Made by a program: the position numbers and the translations under genes
Shown here: piece by piece, positions 1-10,319 of the stretch
Layout: every line of letters begins with the position of its first letter
How positions within the stretch are numbered: position 1 is the first letter of the stretch
Assembly (NCBI GenBank): GCA_034679645.1
Contig: JAXDAR010000037.1
Location: forward strand, 1 to 61,836
Source of the DNA: Methanothrix sp.
GTDB taxonomy: Archaea > Halobacteriota > Methanosarcinia > Methanotrichales > Methanotrichaceae
Length of the DNA: 61,836 nucleotides
Reading direction: 5' to 3'
The notes under the pieces: generated by a model
Database searches by the model: none
What the model saw: only the letters and a program-made list of their open reading frames with translations
What the model was told of the DNA's origin: nothing

Positions 1-399
1 TATTTTGTCGAAGATCTCGTACATCGCTAGCATCTCCGACCTAGGCTCGTAAGGTACCCACTCCACATTCGTAAGGGGGCTGAATTCCACATCATATTTT
101 TCAAGTACAGGCAGCCACTTGTTGTTATATGCACCCTTCCATGGGTGGGTAACCACTGTCTGGTTCTCAACTGCAACAAGGTTCTTGTAGCCTTCCGATC
201 TTAGTGCTTTTAGAACGCCTTCAAGCTGCCATGGTGCCGTAGAGCATGCTGGATAGAAAAGAGTCCAGGAGAGATTGAGCTTTATCGCAGTGCCTTTATC
301 CCTGGACACAGATTGCTCTATCCCCGTCAGATGCATGAGCTTCTCGTAATCATCTAGGACCGATCCTGGGCTTGTCCTGATCACGCTGACTTTTGATAT
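1..399 (-). CDS. DUF362-family protein, N-terminal part (runs off the window edge)
   Basis: Manual translation: (I)SKVSVIRTSPGSVLDDYEKLM...IKLNLSWTLFYPACSTAPWQLEGV...AVENQTVVT, resembling DUF362 N-termini. Not in the ORF track. Start is GTG at 384 or ATA at 399. Confidence 0.7.
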   Translation of the reverse strand, partial: MSKVSVIRTSPGSVLDDYEKLMHLTGIEQSVSRDKGTAIKLNLSWTLFYPACSTAPWQLEGVLKALRSEGYKNLVAVENQTVVTHPWKGAYNNKWLPVLEKYDVEFSPLTNVEWVPYEPRSEMLAMYEIFDKI

Positions 400-1298
400 A
401 GTAAACGCCTTCCCACGAAATACGAAACGGCTCCTACGCCGACTGCAAACCATAGAGTGACTGTTCTTATTATTAATGTTGCTGCCACGGTGGTGGATTC
501 GTTGAGCATCATGAGATGACTGGATAGTCCCGTTAGGGAGACCTCAGTGACTCCCAGGCCGCCAGGCAGCATCGTCAGAGCACCTGCAATGGAAGATATG
601 GCATAGATGAAGGTTGATTCGAAGAGGCCAGCCTCAACAGATAGTCCTCGGAATGTGAGGTAAAATGCCAGGCATTCCATGAACCAGGCCACCAGGCTTA
701 TCAGGACCGTTAAGATGAAGGGCCTAAGTCTCAAGAGATCCAAGGAACTTAGGTAAGCCTCCGTGATATTCTCGAACCTCTCTGATATCCCGAATATCTT
801 CAGCATGATCGTCTCTGATCTAAGCACCATCAACATGCTCAGGAGTATCGCTACAACCAAGGAGAAGGACAGGATGCTTACCCTGAAGACGAAGACTCCT
901 AAGGAGGCAAGAGTCAGCATGGCTACAACATCCGTTATCCTGTCCATGAACACTATCGGCACCGTCCTTTGCAGGTCGTATCCCCTAAGATCCCTGATCA
1001 GCCAGGACTTCCAGACCTCGCCAACCTTGCCTGGTGTAACGGCCATGAGCAGTCCGCTGAGGAAAACCCAAAGATTTTCCTTGAAGCTTATGTCCAAACG
1101 AAGTACCTTGAAAAAGAAATGCCACTTGAAGGCCCTCAAGAGGTAGTTCGTGAAGGCGAGAACCAGAAGAACCGGAATATATTCCATGTGAAAGGAGGAG
1201 ATTGCAGTCATGACTTTCTCATAGTCTCCGTAGATCATCATTACGAAGTAGATTAAGATGCCTGCGATCAGACTAATCCAGAGGTTGCCTTTCGCCAC
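381..1298 (-). CDS. UPF0104 / lysylphosphatidylglycerol-synthase TM-domain protein (AglD2-like putative flippase)
   Basis: Multi-TM protein with LRAFKW, TPGKVGE and LPGGLGVTE motifs. Confidence 0.85.
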   Translation of the reverse strand: MAKGNLWISLIAGILIYFVMMIYGDYEKVMTAISSFHMEYIPVLLVLAFTNYLLRAFKWHFFFKVLRLDISFKENLWVFLSGLLMAVTPGKVGEVWKSWLIRDLRGYDLQRTVPIVFMDRITDVVAMLTLASLGVFVFRVSILSFSLVVAILLSMLMVLRSETIMLKIFGISERFENITEAYLSSLDLLRLRPFILTVLISLVAWFMECLAFYLTFRGLSVEAGLFESTFIYAISSIAGALTMLPGGLGVTEVSLTGLSSHLMMLNESTTVAATLIIRTVTLWFAVGVGAVSYFVGRRLLYQKSA

Positions 1299-1912
1299 AC
1301 CTTCACCCCCTTGGTCAAAGCCAGATAAGCTGGATTACTCAGGCCGCCGCCGACTCGAGTTCTGCCAGCTAGAATGCAGGCCATGGGATCATCTGATATC
1401 TCTGTCCACGCCCGGCCAACCTCCCTGTAAAAATGTGCATCGCTACCACCTATCATCGGCTTCTTATGAGCAAGGCATAGATCGAACGCTTTCCGGTTGA
1501 AGAGACACCTAGAGTTAAGGACCTCGATTGCATCCACATCGCCCATTACCGTCTCTACGTCCCTGAATCCTTTTCTCATCCTTTCAAAAGGGTGAGGTAT
1601 GGCTGAAATGCCACCAGCTTGTCTTATCTCAGTCAGAACCTCTACGAAAGATCCTGGCTCAATCTCTCTATTTATAAAGTAGGCCAAGACCTCGCCTCTG
1701 TCCGTGGAGATCTCCTCGCCAATTATGACGGAAAGTTCCATCTGTTCGTCTCTGACTATATCGAAAACCTCCCGTGCACCGTCAATGGTGTTATGGTCCG
1801 TGATCGCCAAGCCATCCAGGCCCTTTTCTCTGGCATGCTCTATGAGCCGCTTCGGTCTCATCCAACCACATCTATCAGAGTGAAGTGTGTGGACGTGCAT
1901 ATCGAATTTCAC
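1268..1912 (-). CDS. PHP-domain phosphoesterase
   Basis: DMHVHT, AITDHN, GEEIST, HP and GGSDAH motifs. Confidence 0.9.
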   Translation of the reverse strand: MKFDMHVHTLHSDRCGWMRPKRLIEHAREKGLDGLAITDHNTIDGAREVFDIVRDEQMELSVIIGEEISTDRGEVLAYFINREIEPGSFVEVLTEIRQAGGISAIPHPFERMRKGFRDVETVMGDVDAIEVLNSRCLFNRKAFDLCLAHKKPMIGGSDAHFYREVGRAWTEISDDPMACILAGRTRVGGGLSNPAYLALTKGVKVWRKATSGLV

Positions 1913-2751
1913 GCATTTACCTCGTAAAGGGCAACGATTACAAAAAACGCCCAGAGAATAAGATTTGCCAGAGAGGCTCTGTCTTTCAGTATAAGCTCCG
2001 CCTCCCCACCGAAGTTCCTCAGATAGACTAGCTGCATAAAACGAAATATGCCATAAAATGCGAACGGAAGGGTGATTATCATATAAACATGCACTGAGAA
2101 TGAATAAAGTGCGTAAGACATCAGGAGCATAGACACCGATATGTTTAGTAGATCCTCAACCATCTTCTCCGTGTACTGTGATAGGCAGTCTCTGGAGGTA
2201 CTGGCGGTTAATAACTCATGTCGTCTCTTTCCGAAGGCCAGGACAAACGCCATCAGGAATACACAAAGGACTAGCCAAAGGGAGACAGGTACATTGATGA
2301 CGATGCTCCCGACAATGGCCCTAAGCACAAAGCCGACTGCAACTACCATCACATCTATCAAAGCAAAATATTTTAGATAAAATGTATATAATAAATTTAT
2401 AAATATGTATAATACCTCGATGTAACCCAACTGCTCGCCCACAAAGAAAGAGGCAGATAAGGACATAGATAATAACAGAATGGATACTAATAGAGCGGTT
2501 CTAGGTGAAAGTATTCCTGATGCGATTGGCCTGAACCTCTTTGTGGGGTGAAGCCGGTCTTTCTCGACATCTTTTATATCATTTATAATGTACACAGATC
2601 CCGAGATTAGACAGAACATTATGAACGCAAAGAGAGAACGATACCACATTTCCAAGCTAAATAAATTATAAGAAAAAATTATACCGACGAAGATGACAAG
2701 GTTCTTGTACCATTGATGTGGCCGCATCGACTGTATGAGTTCTCTAATCAA
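1909..2751 (-). CDS. UbiA-family polyprenyl-phosphate phosphoribosyltransferase-like protein
   Basis: MRPHQWYKN, YIINDIKDVEKDRLHPTKRFRPIASG and GKRRHE motifs of the decaprenyl-phosphate phosphoribosyltransferase subfamily. Confidence 0.85.
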   Translation of the reverse strand: MIRELIQSMRPHQWYKNLVIFVGIIFSYNLFSLEMWYRSLFAFIMFCLISGSVYIINDIKDVEKDRLHPTKRFRPIASGILSPRTALLVSILLLSMSLSASFFVGEQLGYIEVLYIFINLLYTFYLKYFALIDVMVVAVGFVLRAIVGSIVINVPVSLWLVLCVFLMAFVLAFGKRRHELLTASTSRDCLSQYTEKMVEDLLNISVSMLLMSYALYSFSVHVYMIITLPFAFYGIFRFMQLVYLRNFGGEAELILKDRASLANLILWAFFVIVALYEVNA

Positions 2752-2822
2752 GATATCGCCAGCAGAGCATGTCTTGACACTCTAATGATAAAAAGGCGAC
2801 GTATAGGTAATACCATCGATAT

Positions 2823-3300
2823 TCCGGTGACATCTCATTCTGGTTCGGAACAAGCGGCGATCTGCCCATAGCTGGAGACTGGAACGGCGACGGCAAAGAT
2901 GAGATAGGGGTATTCAGAAATGGGCCCTGGTACCTGGACTACAACGGCAACAGGGAATGGGATCCTGCTTCTGGCGATGTGTCATTCTGGCTTGGAACCA
3001 GCGGAGTCGCACCCCTGGCTGGAGACTGGAACAGCGATGGCAGAGATGAGATAGGGTTATTCAGAAATGGGCCCTGGTATCTGGACTATAATGGAAACAG
3101 GGAATGGGACGCAGCTTCCGGCGACGTGTCATTCTGGTTCGGAACGACAGGGGATAGGCCGGTCAAAGGGCGATGGGGCTCTTTATCAAGCTCCTTGGCT
3201 CCGGATCAGGACAAACCTCAACTGGACCTGAGAGAGACCTCTGCAGAAAAGATACGCCAAAAGAGAGCCGCAATCGCATTCAGGCACTATTATTTACAGG
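2823..3300 (+). pseudogene. 5'-truncated remnant of an FG-GAP/VCBS-like repeat surface protein
   Basis: About 2.3 copies of a 147-bp (49-aa) repeat, GDWNGDGKDEIGVFRNGPWYLDYNGN...WFGT. In-frame TAA at 2808 with no start codon before the repeat. The frame runs into the tRNA. Confidence 0.75.
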
Positions 3301-3308
3301 TAAGAAAG

Positions 3309-3393
3309 CGCCGAGGGTGGGATTCGAACCCACGATCCGCGGAGCGGAACAGGTTTAGCAAACCTGCGCCATACCAGGCTAGGCGACCTCGAC
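3309..3393 (-). tRNA. tRNA-Ser(GCT)
   Basis: Cloverleaf with GTCGAGG/CCTCGGC acceptor stem, CAGGT-TTGCTAA-ACCTG anticodon arm, long variable arm and GTTCGAATC. Confidence 0.96.
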
Positions 3394-3418
3394 TTACCCC
3401 TGGGACTTGACCTGGGAC

Positions 3419-3426
3419 TATTTAAA
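3419..3426 (-). promoter_or_regulatory. Putative TATA box of tRNA-Ser(GCT)
   Basis: TTTAAATA on the minus strand, about 26-33 nt upstream of the tRNA 5' end. Confidence 0.5.
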
Positions 3427-3482
3427 ATCTGCGTTGCCGCACCGGCAAACCGGGACGAGTATCAAGGATCCCCCACCTTGCT

Positions 3483-3863
3483 TCACCTCACGCAGGCCAA
3501 GAGATCCTTGCTGGTGACGATGCCCACCAGGGCACCATCCTTCATCACCGGCAGCCTTCTGATGTTGTGCTTTCGCATCAACTCCGCCGCCTTCTGGGTG
3601 GAATCGTCAAGATCTATGGTGATCAGAGGGCCGGGGGTCATGATATCGGTTACCCGAACCTTAGCCGGATCCAGCCCTTTGGCAAACACCTCCAGGAAGA
3701 TCTGGCTGGTGGTGACGATTCCCAGACACTCCTTGAGGAGACACTCCTTCGCCACCAGAACGCTGCCCTTTTTCTGCGCAGCCATCACCTTTACGGCATC
3801 CAGCACCATGGCCTCCGGAGGCACAGTGACTATGGGATAGCTCATCAACTCTCTGACCTTCAT
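3483..3863 (-). CDS. CBS-domain protein
   Basis: Tandem CBS pair (MKVRELMS...; IRRLPV...GIVTSKDL). Confidence 0.9.
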   Translation of the reverse strand: MKVRELMSYPIVTVPPEAMVLDAVKVMAAQKKGSVLVAKECLLKECLGIVTTSQIFLEVFAKGLDPAKVRVTDIMTPGPLITIDLDDSTQKAAELMRKHNIRRLPVMKDGALVGIVTSKDLLACVR

Positions 3864-4044
3864 GGCATGACCATTCCCTTGGGGGCGACCATAGAATAGC
3901 AGCCGCCGTCCTGCATTTTCTATCCACCTATAGCCGTTCTACCAAGATAAATCAGACGCTCAGGACATGTTAAGTTAAGTCATTCGACATCTCACATTCA
4001 CAGCGGAGCAGGTGACACCCAGCGGGGAAAAAGAAAGGAGACTC

Positions 4045-5685
4045 CTATGCCTCCAGCTCTCCCCAATTCAGTTCCAGGCCCACCGCCGGCTGCTCCAGGC
4101 CGAAGCTGCGCAGGAGCACGGGGTGCAGCTCGCCAAAGCAGCCTATCCGCTCTTCTCCAGAGAAGAGGTCCGCCCCCCTTCCTGGCATGAATGCCCCATC
4201 CGTGCTGGGAGCGATATCCGCCTTAAGATCCATCTCCCTCAAGACGGCATCCACCACCGACCTGATCTCCGAGTAATTGGCACCGCTGTGAATGGATGCC
4301 GCAGCCAAGTTCATTCTGGTCTTCTTCTCCACCACCACATCCCCGGCGGCGAATATCCTCTGCGGAAGAGGATGATGCTGGTTGAGGGCGAAGATCTCCA
4401 ACAGGGAGCTGAGAAGAGAGGTGCGAAGGATGGTATGCAGCTCGCTTATGGGGTGGAGCACCCGCACTGCCCCCGCCGCGGCGGAGGAGCGGCGCATCCA
4501 CTGGAAGTGCACCAACTCATTGGTCAGGGTGAAGGGCATCGTCTCCAGATACCCCAGACCGGCCATGATCTCTCTGATCTCTCCTTTGCGCTGCTCTGAG
4601 GGATGGGACCGGCCCACAGTCACCGTCTGGGGAAGGCGGGCTTCCAGGTTGTCATATCCATATGCCTTGGCCGCGTCCTCGAAGATGTCCCAGGAGTGCA
4701 TTATGTCCGCCCGGTAGGCGGGAACCTGCACCTGCACAATATCATTCCCGTCCTCCTGGCCAGGGACGGCTCCAAAACGCATCCTCTGCAGGCATTCGGC
4801 CAGCTCTGCTCCCCTGAGATTGAATCCTATCAGCCGGTTGGCCTCCTCTGCTCGCACCTTCCAGATAGAGGGAGAGAGGTCCGGGCTAACCAGGTCGCCC
4901 TCGCTCCTCTTCACCAGGACGCTCTCGATCTCACCCCCCCTCTCTGCCAGAGAGGTGACCACGATGTTCAGGGCCTTGTAGACCATGGGATCGGTCCCGG
5001 TGACATCGATGAAGAGGTCGTTCGTCTCCTCGGTGACGCTGGTCAGCTCGCCATTGATGATCGGCGGGAAGGAGAGAACCCGATCATCGGCATCCACAAT
5101 CAGGGGATAGACCGGGCAGTCCTTCAGTATATGGCCATAATCTTTCCCCTTGGGATGCCTGGTGAGGATCTCCTCCATGGTCATCTCCTCGCTGAAATCC
5201 AGGGGGATGAACTTCCTTTGCGGGCTTTCGCCGAAGTAGCGGAAAGGGGGCCTGACCCGGGATATGTCGTGCACCCCGATGGCCACCTTCCGCCGGTTCC
5301 TGCCCAGCCCCCAGTGCAGGTCCTCCTGCAGCCCCATCAGGGACTCGATGGCCTCGCTGCTGAACTCAAGACCCCGGACAACGGCGCAGCCGATGAGAGG
5401 ACGCACCGGTTTTACCGATTCCTCCACCTGCAGGACCACCGGCCCCTCTGTTACAGGATAGTCGACCAAACCGGTCTTGATCCCCAAAAAGCCCTGCATC
5501 GCTCTGGCCACCCCCTCCGGGCTGTAGAGGTCGGGCCGGTCTGGGAAGAACTCCACATCCACATACTCCTCTTCCGCCCTTTTTCCAATGTCCGCACCCA
5601 TCATGGCCAATCTGCTCATGATGGTCTCTTTAGAGGCGCCAATCAGCCTCTCCATATCCTGATAATAAAGTCTGACAACGGGCAT
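4045..5685 (-). CDS. pheT: Phenylalanine-tRNA ligase beta subunit
   Basis: DRPDL, RRKVAIGVHD, SFPPIIN and PAYRADI motifs; adjacent to pheS. Confidence 0.97.
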   Translation of the reverse strand: MPVVRLYYQDMERLIGASKETIMSRLAMMGADIGKRAEEEYVDVEFFPDRPDLYSPEGVARAMQGFLGIKTGLVDYPVTEGPVVLQVEESVKPVRPLIGCAVVRGLEFSSEAIESLMGLQEDLHWGLGRNRRKVAIGVHDISRVRPPFRYFGESPQRKFIPLDFSEEMTMEEILTRHPKGKDYGHILKDCPVYPLIVDADDRVLSFPPIINGELTSVTEETNDLFIDVTGTDPMVYKALNIVVTSLAERGGEIESVLVKRSEGDLVSPDLSPSIWKVRAEEANRLIGFNLRGAELAECLQRMRFGAVPGQEDGNDIVQVQVPAYRADIMHSWDIFEDAAKAYGYDNLEARLPQTVTVGRSHPSEQRKGEIREIMAGLGYLETMPFTLTNELVHFQWMRRSSAAAGAVRVLHPISELHTILRTSLLSSLLEIFALNQHHPLPQRIFAAGDVVVEKKTRMNLAAASIHSGANYSEIRSVVDAVLREMDLKADIAPSTDGAFMPGRGADLFSGEERIGCFGELHPVLLRSFGLEQPAVGLELNWGELEA

Positions 5686-5695
5686 GATATATTCC

Positions 5696-7204
5696 TCACA
5701 GCTTGATGGAAACCGGCGTCTGGCGCAGCCATTCGATATCCGACTGATACAGCAGCCGCAGATCCTTCAGGCCCAGCCTGAGCATGGCGACGCGGGAGAC
5801 TCCCAGGCCCCAGGCCAATACGGGATGATCGATGCCGAAGGGGGCAGTAACCTCCTTTCTGAACACCCCCGCCCCTCCCAGCTCCACCCATCCCAGACCG
5901 TCGATATAGACCTCGGGCTCGACCGAAGGCTCAGTGTAGGGGAAGTAGCCCGGGCGGAAGCGCACCTCAGGAAATCCCATCTTTCCGTAAAACTCCTTTA
6001 AGATGCCCAGGAGGTGGCAGAAGGTCACACCTCTATCCATCACAATCCCCTCCAGCTGCTCGAACTCCGGGGTATGGGTGGAGTCTATGGCCTCCCGGCG
6101 GTAGACCCGGTCGATTCCGAATGCCTTGACCGGCGGCTGGGGATGTTCTGCCAGATACTTGATGGTCACCCCGGTGGTATGGGTGCGCAATACCTCCTGT
6201 TGGGCCACCTCCGGACTCCAGCAGCCCCCCCACCCCGTCGATCCGACGCTGCCGCCGCATTCATGCATCTGTTTGATCCGGGAATAGTCGGGAATATCGC
6301 CCCGGCTGTTCAGATAGAAGGTGTCCTGCATCTCCCTGGCCGGATGGTCCTGCGGTTGGAATAACGCATCGAAGTTCCAGAAGCTGGTCTGGACAATCGG
6401 CCCCTTGATCTCCACAAAGCCCATCTCCAGCATGATCTCCCGCATGTTATCGATCAGCCGCTGGTAGGGATGCCTCTTTCCGGGAAAGATCCTGTCCGCA
6501 GGTAGGGAGACGTCATAGTAGCGAGGGCGGTAGAGCATGCCCCTGTAGTTCAGGTACAAACCGTCCGCACCATCCTGCCACTCCCCCGACTTTATCATGT
6601 CTGGGGTAAGAGCAGGCATATCCAGCACTCCGCTCTTTATGCCGGAGTATTTTGGCTCTAACTCATTTTTTGCCAGTTGGCCGGCATCGGTGATGATGTA
6701 GCGCCACTCTTTGCTCTTGCTGGATGCGATAAGCCCCCGGCTCTTCAATGCAGCCAGGGCTTTCTCATCCCAGCCTTTGCCGCTCCTGGGTCCTGTGAGC
6801 AGGGCCTCCAGGATCACTTCATCCTCCCCTTTTGCTGCCTCCCCCAGGGGCTTGATCACTCCCCCCTCGATCGCTGCCCAGCCCTTCGTGCGCAACCAGC
6901 CCAGGCCGATCTTGAGGGCAGGATCCTTCAGTTCAGACATGGGCTTTCCAGTGCCCAGGGACCAAAGGAGCCTTCTCTCCGGCAGGCCTTCGCTGGCATA
7001 GCCTGTCCCCTCATCAGTGAGAGAGATGCTCTCATCCACGGATTTATGCACCTGGATCAGCCCCTGTTCCGCCAGCAGATCTGCTGCCGCCCGGGCAGTC
7101 TCGACTTTCATCTGCAATTTTTGGGCTATGCTCTGGGGATCTGAAAGTCCGCTTGATATCGCTTTCAGCACTAGAAACTCATTTTCCGATAAATCTGATG
7201 ACAT
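5696..7204 (-). CDS. pheS: Phenylalanine-tRNA ligase alpha subunit
   Basis: FWNFDALFQPQDHPAREMQDTF, LRTHTT and FPYTEPS motifs. Confidence 0.97.
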   Translation of the reverse strand: MSSDLSENEFLVLKAISSGLSDPQSIAQKLQMKVETARAAADLLAEQGLIQVHKSVDESISLTDEGTGYASEGLPERRLLWSLGTGKPMSELKDPALKIGLGWLRTKGWAAIEGGVIKPLGEAAKGEDEVILEALLTGPRSGKGWDEKALAALKSRGLIASSKSKEWRYIITDAGQLAKNELEPKYSGIKSGVLDMPALTPDMIKSGEWQDGADGLYLNYRGMLYRPRYYDVSLPADRIFPGKRHPYQRLIDNMREIMLEMGFVEIKGPIVQTSFWNFDALFQPQDHPAREMQDTFYLNSRGDIPDYSRIKQMHECGGSVGSTGWGGCWSPEVAQQEVLRTHTTGVTIKYLAEHPQPPVKAFGIDRVYRREAIDSTHTPEFEQLEGIVMDRGVTFCHLLGILKEFYGKMGFPEVRFRPGYFPYTEPSVEPEVYIDGLGWVELGGAGVFRKEVTAPFGIDHPVLAWGLGVSRVAMLRLGLKDLRLLYQSDIEWLRQTPVSIKL

Positions 7205-7498
7205 GGTATCCTCCCTGCGCCGGTCGATTTTCAGGGCAACCGCCAGTTGCCCTCAAAAGAAAGAAAAGACTGGGTGTCCGGACATTCCCAAAGCCGGCCT
7301 CTCCTGCTCTGAGAGAATGGTTCTGTGATTGATAGTTTGGTTCTTCATTGTATTCTGAGGCACGTTTTTTTCCGTTAGATTGATTATTTATAAACCTGTC
7401 GAAGGGGACAGTTTCAGGATTTCATAAGAATCAGCGTTAAGTATTTCTACAATTGACGGATTCCCCTATATCCCAAAGCAAGAGAGGTCTGAAAATCT

Positions 7499-10162
7499 GT
7501 GAACTGGCACTCCATGACCACGGAAGAGGTCTTATCCAAACTGGATTCCGACCATAAGGGCATAAGCTCAAACCAGGCCCAAGAAAGGCTCTCCCAGCAC
7601 GGCCCCAATCAGCTCGATAGCCCCACCAAACCCTCGCCATTGAGGATATTCATAGGCAAGTTCAAAGACTACATGGTCCTGGTGTTGATCTTTGCCGCTA
7701 TCATCTCTTTTATCGCCGGCGAGACCACCAATGCCTATGTCATTTTGGGGATCGTCGTCCTCGTCGCCATCATCGGTTTCGTCCAGGAGTATAAAGCAGA
7801 AAAGGCCATGGAGGCACTGAGGGAGATGGTGGCCCCGGAGGCGGACGTCGTCAGGGACGGCAGAATGAGCACCATTCCCGCTACGGAGCTGGTTATTGGA
7901 GACGTCCTCTTCCTGGAGGCAGGGGATAAGGTCCCAGCCGACGGCCGAATCCTGGAAGGAACCTCACTTCAGGTCATCGAGTCCTCTTTGACCGGAGAGT
8001 CCCTGCCGGTGGAGAAGACGGCCCAGCCTCTGCCCGAGGAGATGGCACTGGCAGACAGAAAGAACATGGTCTTCATGGGGACCATCGTCTCTCAGGGCAA
8101 CTGCCGGGCAGTGGTCACCGCCACCGGCCGGAGCACTGAATTGGGGATGATCTCCGGCCTGATGAAACAGGAGCAGGCCGAGCCTCCTCTGAAGATCAAG
8201 CTGCAGCAACTGGCAAAAAGACAGGCCATGCTGGTGCTGGTGATATCGGCAATCGTCTTCATCCTCATGTCCAGCCGGGGATTGCCGGTGATCGATGCCC
8301 TCATCGCCTCCATCGCCCTGGCAGTAGCCGGGATCCCTGAAGCTCTCCCCTTCATCGTCACATTGGCCCTGGCCTTTGGAACCCAGGCCATGGCAAAGAA
8401 GAACGCCATCATCAGAAGGCTCCCGGAGGTGGAAACCCTGGGCTCGACCACTGTGATCTGTACCGATAAGACCGGCACCCTGACCACAGGAGAGATGACC
8501 CTGCGTGAGATCCGCACCTACAGAAAGATCGAAGTCACGGGAGCAGGATACGATCCCTCCGGCCAGTTCAATTCCAATGGGACGAAGGTCGACCCGACAG
8601 AGGAGGATCTGGCCAGAGTCCTCGGGATTGGGGTGCACGCCAACAACTCGGCCATAGAAAAGGCCAATGGTGGCTGGCGGGTGGTGGGGGATCCCACCGA
8701 GGGTGCGCTGATTGTGGCCGCCAAGAAAGCAGGAGTCCTAGACAAGATAAAAGAGAGCAGCAGCAGATTGGTTGAGTATCCCTTTGACTCCGACCGCATG
8801 AGGATGACCACCGTCGATGAAGTGAAAAGGGTGGGACATATCGTCTCCATGAAAGGGGCACCAGAGGTGGTGCTGAGCCACTGCACAAAGACCATCTCCC
8901 CCGATGGGACCAGGCCTCTCACCGAAGAGGACAGAAGATCGATTCTGGCAGAGGCGGACCAGATGGCAGAGAACGCTCTGCGGGTTTTGGCCCTCGCCTG
9001 GAAGCCCACTCCGATCAACGATCCGGCGGAAGCAGACAGCATTGATCTAATGGAATGCGACCTGATCTTCGCCGGCCTCACCGGCATGATGGACCCCCCG
9101 AGAAAGGAGGTTCCGGAGGCGATAAGAATCAGCAAGGAAGCGGGCATCAGGACGGTCATGATCACCGGAGATCACCGCCTGACCGCCAGGGCCATCGGCA
9201 AGGAATTGGGGATAGGCAACGGAGAGGTGATCGAGGGGATCGAGCTGGACCGGATGAGCGCAGAGGAGCTGACCGGGCACATAGATGAGGTATCCGTTTT
9301 CGCCAGGGTGACTGCCGAGCACAAGGTTCGCATAGTGGAGGCCCTGAAGGCGAGAGGCCATATCGTGGCCATGACCGGGGACGGGGTGAACGACGCTCCG
9401 GCACTGACCGCGGCCGATATTGGCGTGGCCATGGGCAGGACGGGAACCGAGGTCACCAAAGAGGCCTCGGATATGGTGATCGCCGATGACAACTTCGCCA
9501 CCATCGTCAGCGCCATCGAGGAGGGGAGGAGGATATTCGACAATATCCGAAAAGGCACCTCCTATCTGCTCTCGGTCAGTTTTGCCGAGCTGGCCACCAT
9601 CTTCTTCGCCGTGGCCCTGGGATTTCCGCTTCCCCTACTGGCCGCCCAGATCCTGTGGATAAATGTGGTGGCAGAGGAATTTCCCGCCATCGGCCTGGCT
9701 TTAGAGCCCTCTCATTCCGATATCATGAAAAGAAAGCCCCGCGATCCCAGGGAATCTATGCCCTCCCGGAGCCTGATGATCTATACCCTGGGAATCGCCG
9801 CCGCCATCGTGGCCGGGACCCTGGGGATGTACCTGATAACCCTGCAAGAGAATCCGGATGTGAGCTATGCCCGGACGGTGGCCTTTGTGGGCCTGGGCTT
9901 TTTCACAGTCTACAATGCCTACAGCAGCCGTTCGCTGCAGGAGTCCGTCTTCAGGATGAATCCCCTGGGGAACAAGACCCTGCTCCTGGGTATCGCGACC
10001 TCAATTCTGGCCATACTGGCGGTGGTCTACATTCCCTTTATGCAGTTCATATTCGAGACCCGACCGCTAACATCTGAGAGCTGGACTCTCATCCTGACCA
10101 CGGGACTGCTGGTGATTCTGGCGGCAGAGGTGATGAAAAAGCTCCTCTCAGGATTGAGATGA
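7499..10162 (+). CDS. Cation-transporting P-type ATPase (P2 type, Ca2+-like)
   Basis: TGES, PEAL, DKTGT, KGAPE, MITGD and TGDGVNDAP motifs. Confidence 0.95.
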   Translation: MNWHSMTTEEVLSKLDSDHKGISSNQAQERLSQHGPNQLDSPTKPSPLRIFIGKFKDYMVLVLIFAAIISFIAGETTNAYVILGIVVLVAIIGFVQEYKAEKAMEALREMVAPEADVVRDGRMSTIPATELVIGDVLFLEAGDKVPADGRILEGTSLQVIESSLTGESLPVEKTAQPLPEEMALADRKNMVFMGTIVSQGNCRAVVTATGRSTELGMISGLMKQEQAEPPLKIKLQQLAKRQAMLVLVISAIVFILMSSRGLPVIDALIASIALAVAGIPEALPFIVTLALAFGTQAMAKKNAIIRRLPEVETLGSTTVICTDKTGTLTTGEMTLREIRTYRKIEVTGAGYDPSGQFNSNGTKVDPTEEDLARVLGIGVHANNSAIEKANGGWRVVGDPTEGALIVAAKKAGVLDKIKESSSRLVEYPFDSDRMRMTTVDEVKRVGHIVSMKGAPEVVLSHCTKTISPDGTRPLTEEDRRSILAEADQMAENALRVLALAWKPTPINDPAEADSIDLMECDLIFAGLTGMMDPPRKEVPEAIRISKEAGIRTVMITGDHRLTARAIGKELGIGNGEVIEGIELDRMSAEELTGHIDEVSVFARVTAEHKVRIVEALKARGHIVAMTGDGVNDAPALTAADIGVAMGRTGTEVTKEASDMVIADDNFATIVSAIEEGRRIFDNIRKGTSYLLSVSFAELATIFFAVALGFPLPLLAAQILWINVVAEEFPAIGLALEPSHSDIMKRKPRDPRESMPSRSLMIYTLGIAAAIVAGTLGMYLITLQENPDVSYARTVAFVGLGFFTVYNAYSSRSLQESVFRMNPLGNKTLLLGIATSILAILAVVYIPFMQFIFETRPLTSESWTLILTTGLLVILAAEVMKKLLSGLR

Positions 10163-10319
10163 ATTATGCTATGGGCATCACCGAAATCCTTATATCTCGG
10201 CAATTGCCGTATAGAACTGATGGCAAAGGTCGAATCTCATTTCTTTCCCACCTGAAACTCTGACTTTTGCCCCCTCCTATTTACTTCGATCTCGGTTCCC
10301 TTATGCACACCATTCTGCA

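Noticed and set aside
2979-3410. 143-aa ORF as an intact gene
   Set aside because: It starts mid-repeat and reads through the antisense tRNA-Ser.
4603-5706. Long antisense ORFs over core genes (also 26012-26875, 30295-31050, 43425-44384)
   Set aside because: These are GC3-bias shadows of well-supported genes on the opposite strand.
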